A stretch of DNA of 64,000 nucleotides from Sedimentisphaerales bacterium. GTDB lineage: Bacteria; Planctomycetota; Phycisphaerae; Sedimentisphaerales; SM23-30. The first letter of the stretch is position 1. Each line of letters begins with the position of its first letter. The translations under genes and the position numbers were made by a program. The stretch covers positions 249,593-313,592 of the forward strand of contig CAXXFK010000010.1 of NCBI GenBank assembly GCA_963663965.2, given 5' to 3'. Below, in pieces: positions 22,301-32,486 of the stretch. The notes beneath the pieces were generated by a model that saw only the letters and a program-made list of their open reading frames with translations, did no database searches and was not told the origin of the DNA.

Positions 22301-22422
22301 ACGAAATTTGCCCAATAAAGCAAATTAAGCCAGACAATTCCATAATTTATCAATATACGAATGGTTTTGTTTCTGGTCATCAGCGTATGATCCAGCAAAA
22401 AATAAACACAACAAAATCTCAT
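19348..22422 (-). CDS. Membrane sensor histidine kinase (ABC substrate-binding-like periplasmic domain, multiple PAS)
   Basis: Periplasmic domain, TM helix, three PAS/PAC repeats, SHDLKSPL, NAMKY, DNGIG and GSGIGL. Start uncertain. Confidence 0.92.
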   Translation of the reverse strand: MRFCCVYFLLDHTLMTRNKTIRILINYGIVWLNLLYWANFVQGQVDHDVYHILLLQAYHEGLEWTDGVTRGFLDSLEKQSDVELSVEYMDTKRFPPPDYYDLLEKLYQKKYQQAPIDVLVVCDNNALDFVLTRREKLFSGVPIVFCGINNFSRALLRNQTQITGVIEELDIAGTIEFALAAKPEIKRFVVVNDETPTGLNNQARFETVALHYHDQIDFEVIREIPLIEMKQRLSRLGSDTGILVFTYHHDADGHYYSTSNFIRLLSENSSAPIFSFWEHYLGTGIVGGIMISGEAHGRMAADLAKRILAGESPDTIPIVEESPNIPMIDYRQMKRFGIPPESLPPGTVIKFKPFSLYESYRELIWATSIVLIVLVMFIVVLIRLLTRQKETQFALRESELRFRRLTENARDIIYRMSIPDGSYIYVSPAVEQITGYQPQEWYENPKKVQDLIHPNWRDYFAIQWARLLQGDIPDTYEYQIITKSGQIKWLFQRNTLVKDNAGRPTALDGIVTDITELKQAESELRSERDILERIMEASPAGITILNSQGDIEFANARAEEVLGLTRDNITQLKYNSPQWKIVDQTGRSIDVEQLPFHIVKRTGRMVIDGRHAIEDSLGKRRLLSINAAPILGEGGQVDKVIAIVEDITEEIEAERILKNSQDALYKAQSIARMGNYYYRPETGEFYLADTIRYALGLDHEISSLAGWLDMVHYEDRAELQRLIQWTIDESKSWEMEFRLHIGQSSREIWLHCQTDAEVDSRGKTVSVIGMLQEITDWKNQRREREALIAQLEDKNRELEQFVYSVSHDLKSPLITISGFSGLMLESINKGRYGELVEFHETIKKAVDQMYAVLNDLLELSRIGRLVNDYESVDFNEIIEDVKMMLHGELSRHEIEFEIAPSLPVVYVDRQRLIEAMQNVISNAMKYMGDQAHPAIAIGYETRETHYLFWVRDNGIGIDGPYLTKIFGLFEKLDRSTEGSGIGLAIVKRIIETHGGTIWAESEGLGYGSTIKFTIPIPDKSNDRK

Positions 22423-22574
22423 TGATTTATCGACTTATTGTTAACCTGGCTTCATAATCATCCGGTTTTCATTAATCCACAAGCCGAAATTCCTGTAAAT
22501 CCGATATAATGGCAAACGGTCATCCTCTGGGAACGTCCATCGCTAAGACCTTATTGTCAATCATGATAACCTGA

Positions 22575-23531
22575 TTATCCCGGCTTAACCATTAAAAAAT
22601 TAATCGCCCAGATCGCCAGTGAAATCCCAATCAAACAGACTCCTTCTAACCGGGATACTTTCCAACCTGTACGCATAAATACGATTACCAGTAAAGTCAG
22701 TGGAGCCAGCAGAATAATACTGAGACGAGCTTCAGAATCAATTTGCATACCTCGAATCACCCCGGCCACTCCCAGTACACCCAGAGTATTAAAAATATTA
22801 CTGCCAATCAGATTGCCCGCAGAAATACCATGCTGTTTCTTAATGATCGCCACCAGCGATACCACCAGTTCAGGAATCGATGTCCCCGCTGCTACGACTG
22901 TCATGGCTATAACCCACTCTGCCATGCCAAAAAATCGTGCCAGTCCAACAGCGCCTTCCACCAGAAAATGCCCCCCACACACAATAAAAACTAATCCCAG
23001 CAAAAACAGAAACACATCTTTTATACCGGCCGGTTCATGGCTGACCTCTTCTTCAATTGCCATTTCCTTCTGGTATAACAAGTATCCCAGGTATACCACG
23101 AGCAGCACAACCAGCGCCAGACTCTCGACTCGAGTTAACTGCAAATCCCACAGGAAATAAAGAGCCAGTACTGTAATCGCCAGCAAACTTAAACCATCCC
23201 GCCAGACCAGACTGGCACGGGTCTTAACTGTACTGAAAATCGCACATACCCCCAATATCACCCCAATATTAAACAGATTCGATCCAATCACATTGCCAAC
23301 CGAGATATCCCCGGTCCCCTTAATCGCTCCCACGATGGTTACGGCAAATTCAGGCGCTGAAGTGCCAAAAGCCACTATGGTCAACCCAATGACCAGATCC
23401 GATATCCCAAAACGATGGGCAATCCGTGCCGCAGAATCGACCAGCCAGGCCGCGCCTTTTCCCAGGACAAAACAACTAAAAATAATAAAAACTATGTCGC
23501 GAATTGTACTCACTATGAACTTCACTTTCAA
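22575..23531 (-). CDS. Calcium/sodium antiporter (CaCA, YrbG-like)
   Basis: Duplicated GTSAPE/GTSIPE and GNVIGSN/GNLIGSN alpha repeats. Confidence 0.93.
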   Translation of the reverse strand: MKVKFIVSTIRDIVFIIFSCFVLGKGAAWLVDSAARIAHRFGISDLVIGLTIVAFGTSAPEFAVTIVGAIKGTGDISVGNVIGSNLFNIGVILGVCAIFSTVKTRASLVWRDGLSLLAITVLALYFLWDLQLTRVESLALVVLLVVYLGYLLYQKEMAIEEEVSHEPAGIKDVFLFLLGLVFIVCGGHFLVEGAVGLARFFGMAEWVIAMTVVAAGTSIPELVVSLVAIIKKQHGISAGNLIGSNIFNTLGVLGVAGVIRGMQIDSEARLSIILLAPLTLLVIVFMRTGWKVSRLEGVCLIGISLAIWAINFLMVKPG

Positions 23532-23753
23532 AAAACATCAGTATTATTTTGATCAAAATAGATATATTAGCCTGACAAATCCGTCAAACCAAATATAAAA
23601 CAGCCATCTATAAAGTCGTAGTTATAGAATGATAGTCTGTTTATCCTGATAAAATACTTCGTTAATTTATCCTAAATTTTTAGATTATCCGATATTGAAA
23701 TATAAGTATCGATAAATTGCGTAATGTATTTTAAATTAATCGATTAAGTTTTT

Positions 23754-24611
23754 ATGCACAATTATCTGCAACAATTTCAACAAGCCTGCCTCGAAGCATC
23801 AACCATGGCCTTGATACTTTCCGGAGTTGTGATAACCTTCTTCGGGTTATTTCTCTGGCTGGGAGGAGCACGCTATGCCGGATTCGTGGTGGGGTTGCTC
23901 GGCGCAGGGATTGGTACTTTGATTGGCGGGGCCGCCGCCTCATTTATGAATATCAATCCATTAGCGGCTATGGCTATATGCGCTGTCCTGTTCGCTATTA
24001 CTTCCATCCTGTTGAAAAAAATTATTATTGTTATTCTGGCAATTATTATTTTTTCAATATTAAGCCTAACTGGTTATCTGGGTTACGCTTTTGACTGGTC
24101 CGCCCAACACGCTAATACTGATTCACATCTTACTGAAACAGTAAACGAGGTTAATAATCGGATTCAATCTTTCCAGAATAGCGCTCCTGATGAGAAAATT
24201 GATCAGTTCCTGGATATGTCAACCGAAACCCAGCAAAAAGTCCAATCCTTCTGGGGAAAAATAAGAGAAATATTTTACAATATGAAGCCATCCCTGACAC
24301 AGAATACCCTGACATTGATTCTTATATGTCTGGCGGGTGCTCTGATTGGGTTTATACTGGCTAAATTACTTAAAACTCTGGTTATGTCCCTTTGCTGCAG
24401 TATTGTTGGATCCACCTCCATCATCCTGGGTGTACTACTGCTTGTATTCGCCAAGGGAATAGCTGCTATCGATGCCGTTAATAAACACCCAAAATTCATG
24501 CCCACTTTATTTGGCATCATGGTTATCATCGGGTGGTTGATCCAGATTATTATCACCGGTAGTAATAAGAAAAAAATCGTTAAATCCGCTGAAAATACGG
24601 AGGATCAATAA
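23754..24611 (+). CDS. Multi-pass membrane protein (DUF4203/TMEM198-like)
   Basis: Gly-rich TM helices with a soluble insert. Resembles the next ORF. Confidence 0.65.
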   Translation: MHNYLQQFQQACLEASTMALILSGVVITFFGLFLWLGGARYAGFVVGLLGAGIGTLIGGAAASFMNINPLAAMAICAVLFAITSILLKKIIIVILAIIIFSILSLTGYLGYAFDWSAQHANTDSHLTETVNEVNNRIQSFQNSAPDEKIDQFLDMSTETQQKVQSFWGKIREIFYNMKPSLTQNTLTLILICLAGALIGFILAKLLKTLVMSLCCSIVGSTSIILGVLLLVFAKGIAAIDAVNKHPKFMPTLFGIMVIIGWLIQIIITGSNKKKIVKSAENTEDQ

Positions 24612-25348
24612 TGAACCCATTCCTAATCCTGGCTCAAAATGCTGCAAATGCCAATAATGGCAGTACCGATACCATCAATTCGTTCATGATCAATCCTGAA
24701 TATCATCTGAACAACATCTGGAACACCATTTCAGCGTTGCCATGGAAACATGCTGTCATATGTGTCGCATTTGCAAGCATTTATCTGTTTTATGGCTGGC
24801 GAATATTCCGCCTGCTGGTCATCATCAATGTTTCGCTTTTTGGCCTGTGGGCAGGACAACTTGTTGGAACGAAACTTTCATTTGAAGGTTCTCACCTGAT
24901 CTTGGGCATACTGGGGGCCTTTCTAGGTGGTCTGGCGGCCTGGACTTTGATGAAATATATGGTTTCTGCCATGGGGGCAATGGCCGGTGCAGTACTGGGT
25001 GCGGCGGCCTGGCAGGCTGCCACTTTGCCGTCTGAATTGCTCTGGGTCGGTGGTCTGGTAGGACTGGTAGCCGGTGGGTTTCTAGCCTTTTCCTCGTATA
25101 AAATTTCAATTATGCTATTTTCCTCGCTCCAAGGTGCATTGCTATTTTCACTAGGTGCTCTTACTCTGGTAAAAAATTCACCCGGTATCGATCCTGAGCG
25201 GATGAAGACGATACTAGTTGACAATGTTTTTCTATTGCCCGCTATACTGATTATCCCTACAATGATAGGATTGTTTGTCCAGAACAAAATGTTTAAAGAG
25301 AATAAAAACTGGTCAATGCCAGATCAGGAAGGATTCAAACGAAATTAA
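24611..25348 (+). CDS. DUF4203/TMEM198-like membrane protein
   Basis: LFYGWRIFR motif, Gly-rich TMs and SSLQGA. TAATG stop/start overlap with the upstream gene. Confidence 0.7.
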   Translation: MNPFLILAQNAANANNGSTDTINSFMINPEYHLNNIWNTISALPWKHAVICVAFASIYLFYGWRIFRLLVIINVSLFGLWAGQLVGTKLSFEGSHLILGILGAFLGGLAAWTLMKYMVSAMGAMAGAVLGAAAWQAATLPSELLWVGGLVGLVAGGFLAFSSYKISIMLFSSLQGALLFSLGALTLVKNSPGIDPERMKTILVDNVFLLPAILIIPTMIGLFVQNKMFKENKNWSMPDQEGFKRN

Positions 25349-25439
25349 CCTCGTTCGACTCGATCAAGCCTTGGTTTGCCGACTACGGATTCTTGATCAC
25401 AGGATTGTTTAATCTATTTATAAATAAGGACTTAGATTA

Positions 25440-26423
25440 ATGCACACCCGTAACTACCTGTTGATTACAATCGTATTGTCGTTAATCTTTCTCAGCGGTT
25501 GCGGCAGGCAGTCCTATCGCAAAGCAGTTGAGCACTATGTGACTGCAGTCGCTCTTAACGACAGCGAATTTGGCATTGATGCCATTCTGGAACTTCAGGA
25601 AGCCGTCAAGCTTGATTCAACTTTTACCCAGGCTCATTCCCTCATGGGGGATATCTATTCGGGACAAGGTAACTATGACCAAGCGGCCGGCGCCTACGAG
25701 AAAGCCTGTCAATTGGACCCCTGGGGTTTTAACGATCACTTCAAGCTGGGTAATGTCTATAAAATCCTGAAAAAATTTGCCAAAGCAGTTGAAGTCCTGC
25801 AACGGGCCATCACGTTAAAACCAGATCACCCTCAAGCCAATCTATCGCTCGGTTTATGCTATTTTGAACTGGAAGACTATGATAACGCCCGCAAGTATTG
25901 TGAAAAAGCGGCAACCCTGGATCCTTCCAATATGGAAATTGCCATTGCACTGGGTGATATTCACAGTAAAACCGGCAATCATTACGAATCGATTAACTTT
26001 TACAAGCAGGCCCTTGAAGCGGATCCCAAGCGCGCCGATTTGATGATAAAACTTGGGATGGTCTATGTCGAGCAGGAACGTTTTGAACCGGCTGAACTGA
26101 TTCTTAATAAAGCGGTCGATCTGGAACCCAATAATCCCAAAACACATGCTGCTTTAGGTTATTGCTTCCTTAAAAATAAAGATCCCCAAAAAGCGCTTGA
26201 AAATTACCAGCTTGCCTACCAGGCGGACAAAACCAGTACCTTCGCCTTAAATGGTATCGGGGTATCTTATATGATGCTTTATCTTCGCAATGAAAAGGAT
26301 CTCTCCCTGGCTGAAAAGGCGATCGAATACTGGCATCTTTCCCTTGAAGTGGATTCTTCCCAGAGCAATATCCGTAGTTTGCTTGAAAAATATCTGCCGG
26401 TCGTCGAAGAAAAATCTCGCTAA
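25440..26423 (+). CDS. TPR-repeat lipoprotein
   Basis: LSG-C lipobox and about 7 TPR repeats. Confidence 0.9.
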   Translation: MHTRNYLLITIVLSLIFLSGCGRQSYRKAVEHYVTAVALNDSEFGIDAILELQEAVKLDSTFTQAHSLMGDIYSGQGNYDQAAGAYEKACQLDPWGFNDHFKLGNVYKILKKFAKAVEVLQRAITLKPDHPQANLSLGLCYFELEDYDNARKYCEKAATLDPSNMEIAIALGDIHSKTGNHYESINFYKQALEADPKRADLMIKLGMVYVEQERFEPAELILNKAVDLEPNNPKTHAALGYCFLKNKDPQKALENYQLAYQADKTSTFALNGIGVSYMMLYLRNEKDLSLAEKAIEYWHLSLEVDSSQSNIRSLLEKYLPVVEEKSR

Positions 26424-26432
26424 TCGATCACG

Positions 26433-28817
26433 ATGAAAACAACGCCATTTGTCAATCTGTCATTATCAACAGGGCTGTTTGGAGCTCTGTTTTTTTTCAT
26501 ATTTCTTTGGCCCTTGGTTCTGACTGGCGCCCAATCAAACTGGCCCAACTATGTCGGTTCTTCAAGTTGCCGAGACTGTCACGAAAGATTTTATTCACTT
26601 TGGTCCACCTCTCATCACGGCCTGGCAATGCAGCCCTTTACACCCGCCTTTGCCCAAAATGAGCTAAGCAAACAGGTTTCACCCTTAACGATAGGCGACA
26701 GCCAATACCAAGTGCTTCTTGGCGATCCCAATAGCTTCATTCGTCAGTCTGATTCACACGGCAGCCGCGATTATCCCATAATCCATGCCATGGGAGGTAA
26801 AAACTTCTATTTCTTCCTCACTCCCATGGAACGGGGCCGCCTTCAGGTCCTGCCCCTGGCCTTCGATGTGCACGAAAAAAAATGGTATGATACTACTGCC
26901 AGCATGGTAAGGCATTTTGTGGATCGCTCCGACCACGCCATCGACTGGCGCGATCCAGCGCTCACATTCAATACTTCCTGTTTCTCCTGTCACGTCAGTC
27001 AGCTGGCAACCAATTACCAGGCCCAAACTGACAGTTACCACACCACCTGGGCAGAGCCCGGCATCAATTGCGAAACCTGTCATGGCGCCGCTGAAGAACA
27101 CATTCAGATCTGTCAGGCACTCAAACCCGGGGAATCCCTCAAAGAAACGAAACTCATTACCGTTACCCAGAGCCGTGGATTCACAGCTCATCAGGTTGAT
27201 TCGGCCTGCTCAACCTGTCATGCTAAAATGTCGGCGATTACCGATTCTTTCAAACCCGGTGAAGACTATTTCAATCATTTCGATCTGATCACGCTTGAAG
27301 ACATCGATTATTACCCGGATGGCCGTGATCTTGGTGAAAATTATACCTACACACTTTGGCGAATGAATCCTTGCGCGAAATCCGGGCAACTCGACTGTAT
27401 GCATTGCCATACTTCCAGCGGCCGATATCGCTTTGCCGGAGACACAACGAACAACGCCTGCCTGCCTTGCCATGCCGGGCGCGTCAATAATCCCCAACCC
27501 CATACCCATCACGAACCCGGTAAAGAATCCCCGCATTGTGTCGATTGCCACATGCCCGCCACTATCTTTGCCAAGATGAAACGGTCCGACCATTCTTTCC
27601 GCCCCCCGATGCCCACGGCGACAATCCGGTTTCAATCTCCCAATGCCTGTAATCTCTGTCATAAAGACCAGGATCCCCAGTGGGCCGATAAAAATGTACG
27701 TCAATGGCACCGTAAAGATTTTCAACATGATCATCTGGAATTGTCTGCTTTGTTACTTGATGCCCGGAATGGCAAATGGAACCGCTTACCTGAAATACTG
27801 GCATATCTAACGCAAGACAACCATGATGAAATTTATTCCTCATCTTTCATTCGATTGATGCGTAATGTTCCCGGTCTTTCTAATGCAAGCCTGAAAGTTT
27901 TAACTCAATGTCTGCAAAAGGATTCATCACCACTGGTCCGTTCCGCGGCGGCGGAAATTCTCGGTTTAAATCTGAACACCGATATAGCTACCGTTCTAGC
28001 CAATGCCTGTTCCGATCCGATCCGGCTGGTCCGGGTGCGCGCGGCGACTGCCCTGGCGAATTTGCCGAAAAATACGCTACCGGCCAGTCATCTTGATTCG
28101 GTTCGTAAAGCGATCGATGAATATCTGGCCACCATGTATCTGCGCCAAGATGACTGGACCTCCCACTACAATCTGGGAAATTATCATCTTGATGGCGGTC
28201 GTATCGAACAGGCGGTCACTGCCTTTGAACACGCCATCAAATGCCGCCCGGACATTCTCCCTCCGCTGATCAACGCCTCGATTGCCTACAATCGGCTGGG
28301 ACGTAATGACCGTGCCGAATCGGTATTGCAGCAAGCGATCAAACTCGAGCCGGCCAATCCTGCCGCTCATCTCAACCTGGCCCTGCTTCTGGGCGAAATG
28401 GGCCAGACTGATCAAGCCAGAACATCGTTCCGGAACACCCTTAAATACGATCCGAATTCAGCGGTTGCGGCCTACAATCTGGCCGTCCTCTCGGCAGAAA
28501 GCAGCTTGGATGAAGCGCTGAAATGGAGTAAAAAGGCCTGTGAGCTTCAACCTCGCAACGATAAATATGCCTATACGTACGCCTGGTACCTTGTCGAAAT
28601 CAGAGACAACAACCGGGCCATCGAAATCCTGCGTCCGTTGATCAAGCGTCAGACCGATTATGCTCCAGCCTATTTTATGCTCGGTCATCTTTACGAACAG
28701 GATAAACAGTTTGGCCAGGCAATCGAGGTTTATCGACAGGCTGAGTCAAACCCAAAACTTAATGACCAGGACCGGATCCAGTTCACCTGGCGGATCCAGA
28801 TGCTTGAAAATCGTTGA
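26433..28817 (+). CDS. Secreted multiheme cytochrome c with HEAT and TPR repeats
   Basis: Eight CxxCH motifs (CRDCH, CFSCH, CETCH, CSTCH, CMHCH, CLPCH, CVDCH, CNLCH), HEAT repeats (SPLVRSAAA) and C-terminal TPRs. Confidence 0.92.
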   Translation: MKTTPFVNLSLSTGLFGALFFFIFLWPLVLTGAQSNWPNYVGSSSCRDCHERFYSLWSTSHHGLAMQPFTPAFAQNELSKQVSPLTIGDSQYQVLLGDPNSFIRQSDSHGSRDYPIIHAMGGKNFYFFLTPMERGRLQVLPLAFDVHEKKWYDTTASMVRHFVDRSDHAIDWRDPALTFNTSCFSCHVSQLATNYQAQTDSYHTTWAEPGINCETCHGAAEEHIQICQALKPGESLKETKLITVTQSRGFTAHQVDSACSTCHAKMSAITDSFKPGEDYFNHFDLITLEDIDYYPDGRDLGENYTYTLWRMNPCAKSGQLDCMHCHTSSGRYRFAGDTTNNACLPCHAGRVNNPQPHTHHEPGKESPHCVDCHMPATIFAKMKRSDHSFRPPMPTATIRFQSPNACNLCHKDQDPQWADKNVRQWHRKDFQHDHLELSALLLDARNGKWNRLPEILAYLTQDNHDEIYSSSFIRLMRNVPGLSNASLKVLTQCLQKDSSPLVRSAAAEILGLNLNTDIATVLANACSDPIRLVRVRAATALANLPKNTLPASHLDSVRKAIDEYLATMYLRQDDWTSHYNLGNYHLDGGRIEQAVTAFEHAIKCRPDILPPLINASIAYNRLGRNDRAESVLQQAIKLEPANPAAHLNLALLLGEMGQTDQARTSFRNTLKYDPNSAVAAYNLAVLSAESSLDEALKWSKKACELQPRNDKYAYTYAWYLVEIRDNNRAIEILRPLIKRQTDYAPAYFMLGHLYEQDKQFGQAIEVYRQAESNPKLNDQDRIQFTWRIQMLENR

Positions 28818-28935
28818 TCATTAAGCTATCATAGATATCAGGAATGGTTACATCTCTTTTACTGTAACCAGCCAGCCATAAACGTGTTACTTTCCTGCAT
28901 ACGTTTATTATTCGAACTGAACTTGGAGATTTCTT

Positions 28936-29175
28936 ATGCCAATTTATGAATATATCTGCCAAAAATGCGGCCATACCTTTGAAAAACTCGTCGGCTCCAT
29001 GTCCGCGAAACCCCCTGCCTGCCCGGAATGTCAGAGTAAAACCCAGAAAAAAGTCAGCGCTTTTGCCGCGCATACCGGCGCCAATCCAACTGCTTGCGGA
29101 CTATCTGAACCATCCTGCGGTCCCGGCCAGAGTATGGGCGGATGTTGCGGCGGTTCCTGTCCGCACGCTCATTAA
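28936..29175 (+). CDS. FmdB-family zinc-ribbon protein
   Basis: MPIYEYICQKCGHTFE...CPEC and Cys-rich tail. Confidence 0.92.
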   Translation: MPIYEYICQKCGHTFEKLVGSMSAKPPACPECQSKTQKKVSAFAAHTGANPTACGLSEPSCGPGQSMGGCCGGSCPHAH

Positions 29176-29185
29176 GCAAACAACC

Positions 29186-31054
29186 CTATTTCTCAATTGA
29201 AATATATTTGAGAGGATTGATCTCCCGTGGGTTGACTTCAAATCCTTTTATATAGGGTTTAACCGCCACCATATTCACATAATAAAACATCGGCAGAATC
29301 GGAAACTGTTCCTGGTTCAGCATCGTTTCGGCCCGTGCCAGTATTTCCAGACGTTTGGCGGCATCCAGAGTATTTGCGGCTTCCTGCATCAATCCATCAT
29401 ATTCCGGATTCGAAAAGCCGGTATTATTCTGCCCGTTGCCTGTGGTGTATAAATCCAGGAAGGTTGTAGGATCGGCATAATCGCCATACCAGCCATGCCG
29501 GGCAACCATAAAACGCCCCTGAACCAGATCTGCATCAAAGGTCTTCAATTCTTTACCCATGATAACAACATTGACACCCAGATTCTTCTCCCACATCTCA
29601 GCCACGGCCTCAGCTATAGGCCCATGATTAGAATCATTATTCAGTAAAATTTCGATGGTAGGCAATCCATCACCATTGGGATATCCGGCCTCTTCCAATA
29701 ACTGCCTGGCCCGAACTACATCCAGATCCGGCCCCGCCTCACAATGATAACCGGCAATTGTATTCGGGGGTATCAGCCGATGTGCCGGACCATTACCGGT
29801 CTTCTTCACTTTACCAGCCAGATCACTTTTATTGATGGCCAGGGTAAATGCCTGCCTTATGAGCGGGTCCCTGAAAGGATTAGGCGTTCCATCTGCCAGT
29901 GTATCTCGACAATTAAAATCGTAAAAGTAGGTGCCATAAGCGTTACACACATGGATATCGTCTCGCTTGCCCTCTGCCTGTAACTGCAATAAGGAAGGAG
30001 CATAATCCAGGGTATCCACATTGCGGATCCAGTCCAATTCCCCTTTTTCATAAGCCAGAAAAGCGCTTGCGGAATCCGGTATAATCCGTATCAATACCCT
30101 GTCAATACTGACATCCTGACGTTCATGATATTCTGGATTCGATTGCAAATGCAAAAATCGTTTAAACTGCCAATCGGCCAGACGATAAGCTCCATTACTG
30201 ATCAGTCCGGGATAACCGTTTCGATGCCAGTCCGGTTTGGTCCATTGGGGATCGAATGCCCACAAAGTCAGATCATGAACTACCTCATCCTGACTTTCCC
30301 GTAAAAGCTCAATCGAAACGCGATGAATCGGCATAAATGTAACAAATGCCAGCAAATCGGTAAAATAGGCAATCGGACGAACCAGCCTGACCTCTAAACG
30401 CGTCTCACTTAATGCCCGCAGGCCAACTTGTTCAAACCGTGTTTCAATCTGATCCAGGTGGTTTTTTCTAAAACGATAAAACTCCGATTTCCAATCAACT
30501 GGCTGCGGTTCGATGCCTTGATATACCTTCTCGATTAACAACGCCCGATCTTCATCAGCCACTGGCCGCTGTCTGCTTAAATCACGCAGAGCCTTTAATA
30601 ATCGGATTGCCTCATGTCGCCAGCTGCTATAGGCGCCGGCGCCGGCAATATTATCCGTAATCAAAAAGATATATTCGCCTGATGAGCCCGGCTCAATGGC
30701 CCGGCGCCAGCCATAAATAAAATCTTTCGCTGTAACGCGATCACCATTGGACCAGCGAGCGTCCGATTTAATATCGAATGTATATACCAAACCGTCAGGG
30801 CTGACTTCCGGTGGAAGCGATGCCGCTCCCTCAATAATGTGGCAATCAACCGGATCGTAGGCGGTCAAACCTTCCCATAACGACCAAACTATCCGAATAT
30901 CATCACTCCAGGCGGCTTTGGCCGGATCCAAGGTCCTGGGCGAACTGAAAATTGGATAACGCAATTCCGCTTGGGGTTCTGGCGAGATTTGAATAGAATA
31001 GTAAACAACCGCTACACAAACCAAAAAGACTGTTATGAGGGCCAGTTTTCGCAT
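29186..31054 (-). CDS. Peptide ABC transporter substrate-binding protein (OppA family)
   Basis: TLDPA, DARWSNGDRVTAKDF, SNGAYRL, GWYGDYADPTTFL and NNTGFSNPEYD. Confidence 0.92.
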   Translation of the reverse strand: MRKLALITVFLVCVAVVYYSIQISPEPQAELRYPIFSSPRTLDPAKAAWSDDIRIVWSLWEGLTAYDPVDCHIIEGAASLPPEVSPDGLVYTFDIKSDARWSNGDRVTAKDFIYGWRRAIEPGSSGEYIFLITDNIAGAGAYSSWRHEAIRLLKALRDLSRQRPVADEDRALLIEKVYQGIEPQPVDWKSEFYRFRKNHLDQIETRFEQVGLRALSETRLEVRLVRPIAYFTDLLAFVTFMPIHRVSIELLRESQDEVVHDLTLWAFDPQWTKPDWHRNGYPGLISNGAYRLADWQFKRFLHLQSNPEYHERQDVSIDRVLIRIIPDSASAFLAYEKGELDWIRNVDTLDYAPSLLQLQAEGKRDDIHVCNAYGTYFYDFNCRDTLADGTPNPFRDPLIRQAFTLAINKSDLAGKVKKTGNGPAHRLIPPNTIAGYHCEAGPDLDVVRARQLLEEAGYPNGDGLPTIEILLNNDSNHGPIAEAVAEMWEKNLGVNVVIMGKELKTFDADLVQGRFMVARHGWYGDYADPTTFLDLYTTGNGQNNTGFSNPEYDGLMQEAANTLDAAKRLEILARAETMLNQEQFPILPMFYYVNMVAVKPYIKGFEVNPREINPLKYISIEK

Positions 31055-31078
31055 GCCAGTGGTTTGGTATCGGCGTTA

Positions 31079-32308
31079 TTAGTTGTTCACTCCTGGCAGC
31101 AACAATTTATTGCGGATTTGCAGCCGGTTCATACCTGCGTTAATCACCTCCTGAGAGGGATCATCAATCTTCACCAGAGGGGTATTCTTGCTGATTTCAT
31201 CTGGAGTGTAAATCGAATAGACTTGCTGGATATCGCCGGTCGGTCCCGTTAATGTCGATACAATGGATGGGAAGGCCGTCCAGCGGGTTTTAGATATTTC
31301 ATTGGCGACTCGAGGCCCCCGGCGGTTTCCTGTCAAAATCAGCAGATTTTTTTCGCCTTCGATCAAAATCGTCATCAAGGAGGCTTCACTTTCGAGATCC
31401 AATAGAGAAATCGTCTGATTATCATTCACCGTATAACGTGCGCCCCGATTGAACCGTTCAAAAGCCGCCGTATACAATTCTGCGGCGCTTCGCATCACCG
31501 AGGTTTCGCGCTCCTTGAAATCCTGTAAACGCCGGCTGCGGACAACTTCGAATATGGTTTGCATCAGTTCCCAGTCACATTGTTCGTTATCCACGGTCCA
31601 GTTTTGATAGGCAGCCAGCCGCTTCTGGACACATTTCTTGAATAAATCATTCGCTTCGCCAATTTTAATGGAGTTGACGGCAAAAATTGCCATTCGGGTG
31701 AGAATCAGAGGCGAAGTTTCGTTTTCTGCTGCTTGAAGCATCCGGCCAGCCACCCGGCGTACGACCTCTTGGGCCTCTGTAGTAGTATTCCGGGTATAAT
31801 TCTGAATTCTTGGTTGCAGAAACGCAGAGACTGCCCAGTATCTGATTTCAGAATTCGGACTTGCCAGCTGTTCAAGCAAATCATCCGCCAACAGCACATT
31901 ATCTGATAAAGCCAGCGTAATGACGACTTGAATTTGAACGCGCGCCTTTGCCGAATCATCCGGCAATTGGGAAGTCTTATCCAGAATTTGTTTGTAACTG
32001 TCACGTAATGCTTCACAAAACGCATCACTGTAAGCATCACGAATGGCCGTATTGATACTTATACTGTTGGTAACCAGCCCCCGGGTAATATCATCCAGGT
32101 CATTACCGGCCTCAGTTGTCAACAACAAATTCAGTTGTTCGCCTACAAAGGCGCGAATCGTATCGATATCAGCCTGTGCTATAACGGATTTTCGCCGGAT
32201 GCCTTCGATCTGGACCGGGGAAACCTGAGCTGACAAGATCGACGATGCCATGCTTATGCATAACATCGCCAGAATCAATGTTCTCATAGTGTATAGCCGT
32301 TGCCTCAT
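31079..32308 (-). CDS. Hypothetical secreted protein with a HEAT-like repeat
   Basis: Signal peptide and helical LASPNSEIRYWAV segment. Confidence 0.65.
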   Translation of the reverse strand: MRQRLYTMRTLILAMLCISMASSILSAQVSPVQIEGIRRKSVIAQADIDTIRAFVGEQLNLLLTTEAGNDLDDITRGLVTNSISINTAIRDAYSDAFCEALRDSYKQILDKTSQLPDDSAKARVQIQVVITLALSDNVLLADDLLEQLASPNSEIRYWAVSAFLQPRIQNYTRNTTTEAQEVVRRVAGRMLQAAENETSPLILTRMAIFAVNSIKIGEANDLFKKCVQKRLAAYQNWTVDNEQCDWELMQTIFEVVRSRRLQDFKERETSVMRSAAELYTAAFERFNRGARYTVNDNQTISLLDLESEASLMTILIEGEKNLLILTGNRRGPRVANEISKTRWTAFPSIVSTLTGPTGDIQQVYSIYTPDEISKNTPLVKIDDPSQEVINAGMNRLQIRNKLLLPGVNN

Positions 32309-32449
32309 TGATGGTCTTCTCCAAAATCTGAAATTTTATATTGTATTCATGCGCCGGTCGGGTATGCTGATGGTCTTTTACCCACCGGCAATGTGGGATG
32401 GCATACCATAAAGTAATTTATACCGACTGGGCTGTCAAGCGTTTTCTTG

Positions 32450-32478
32450 TTGACCTAAGTTTTTATTAAATATAAAAT
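32450..32478 (+). promoter_or_regulatory. Sigma70 promoter directly upstream of prfB
   Basis: TTGACC-17 nt-TAAAAT, 8 nt before the ATG. Confidence 0.6.
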
Positions 32479-32486
32479 TAACCACT

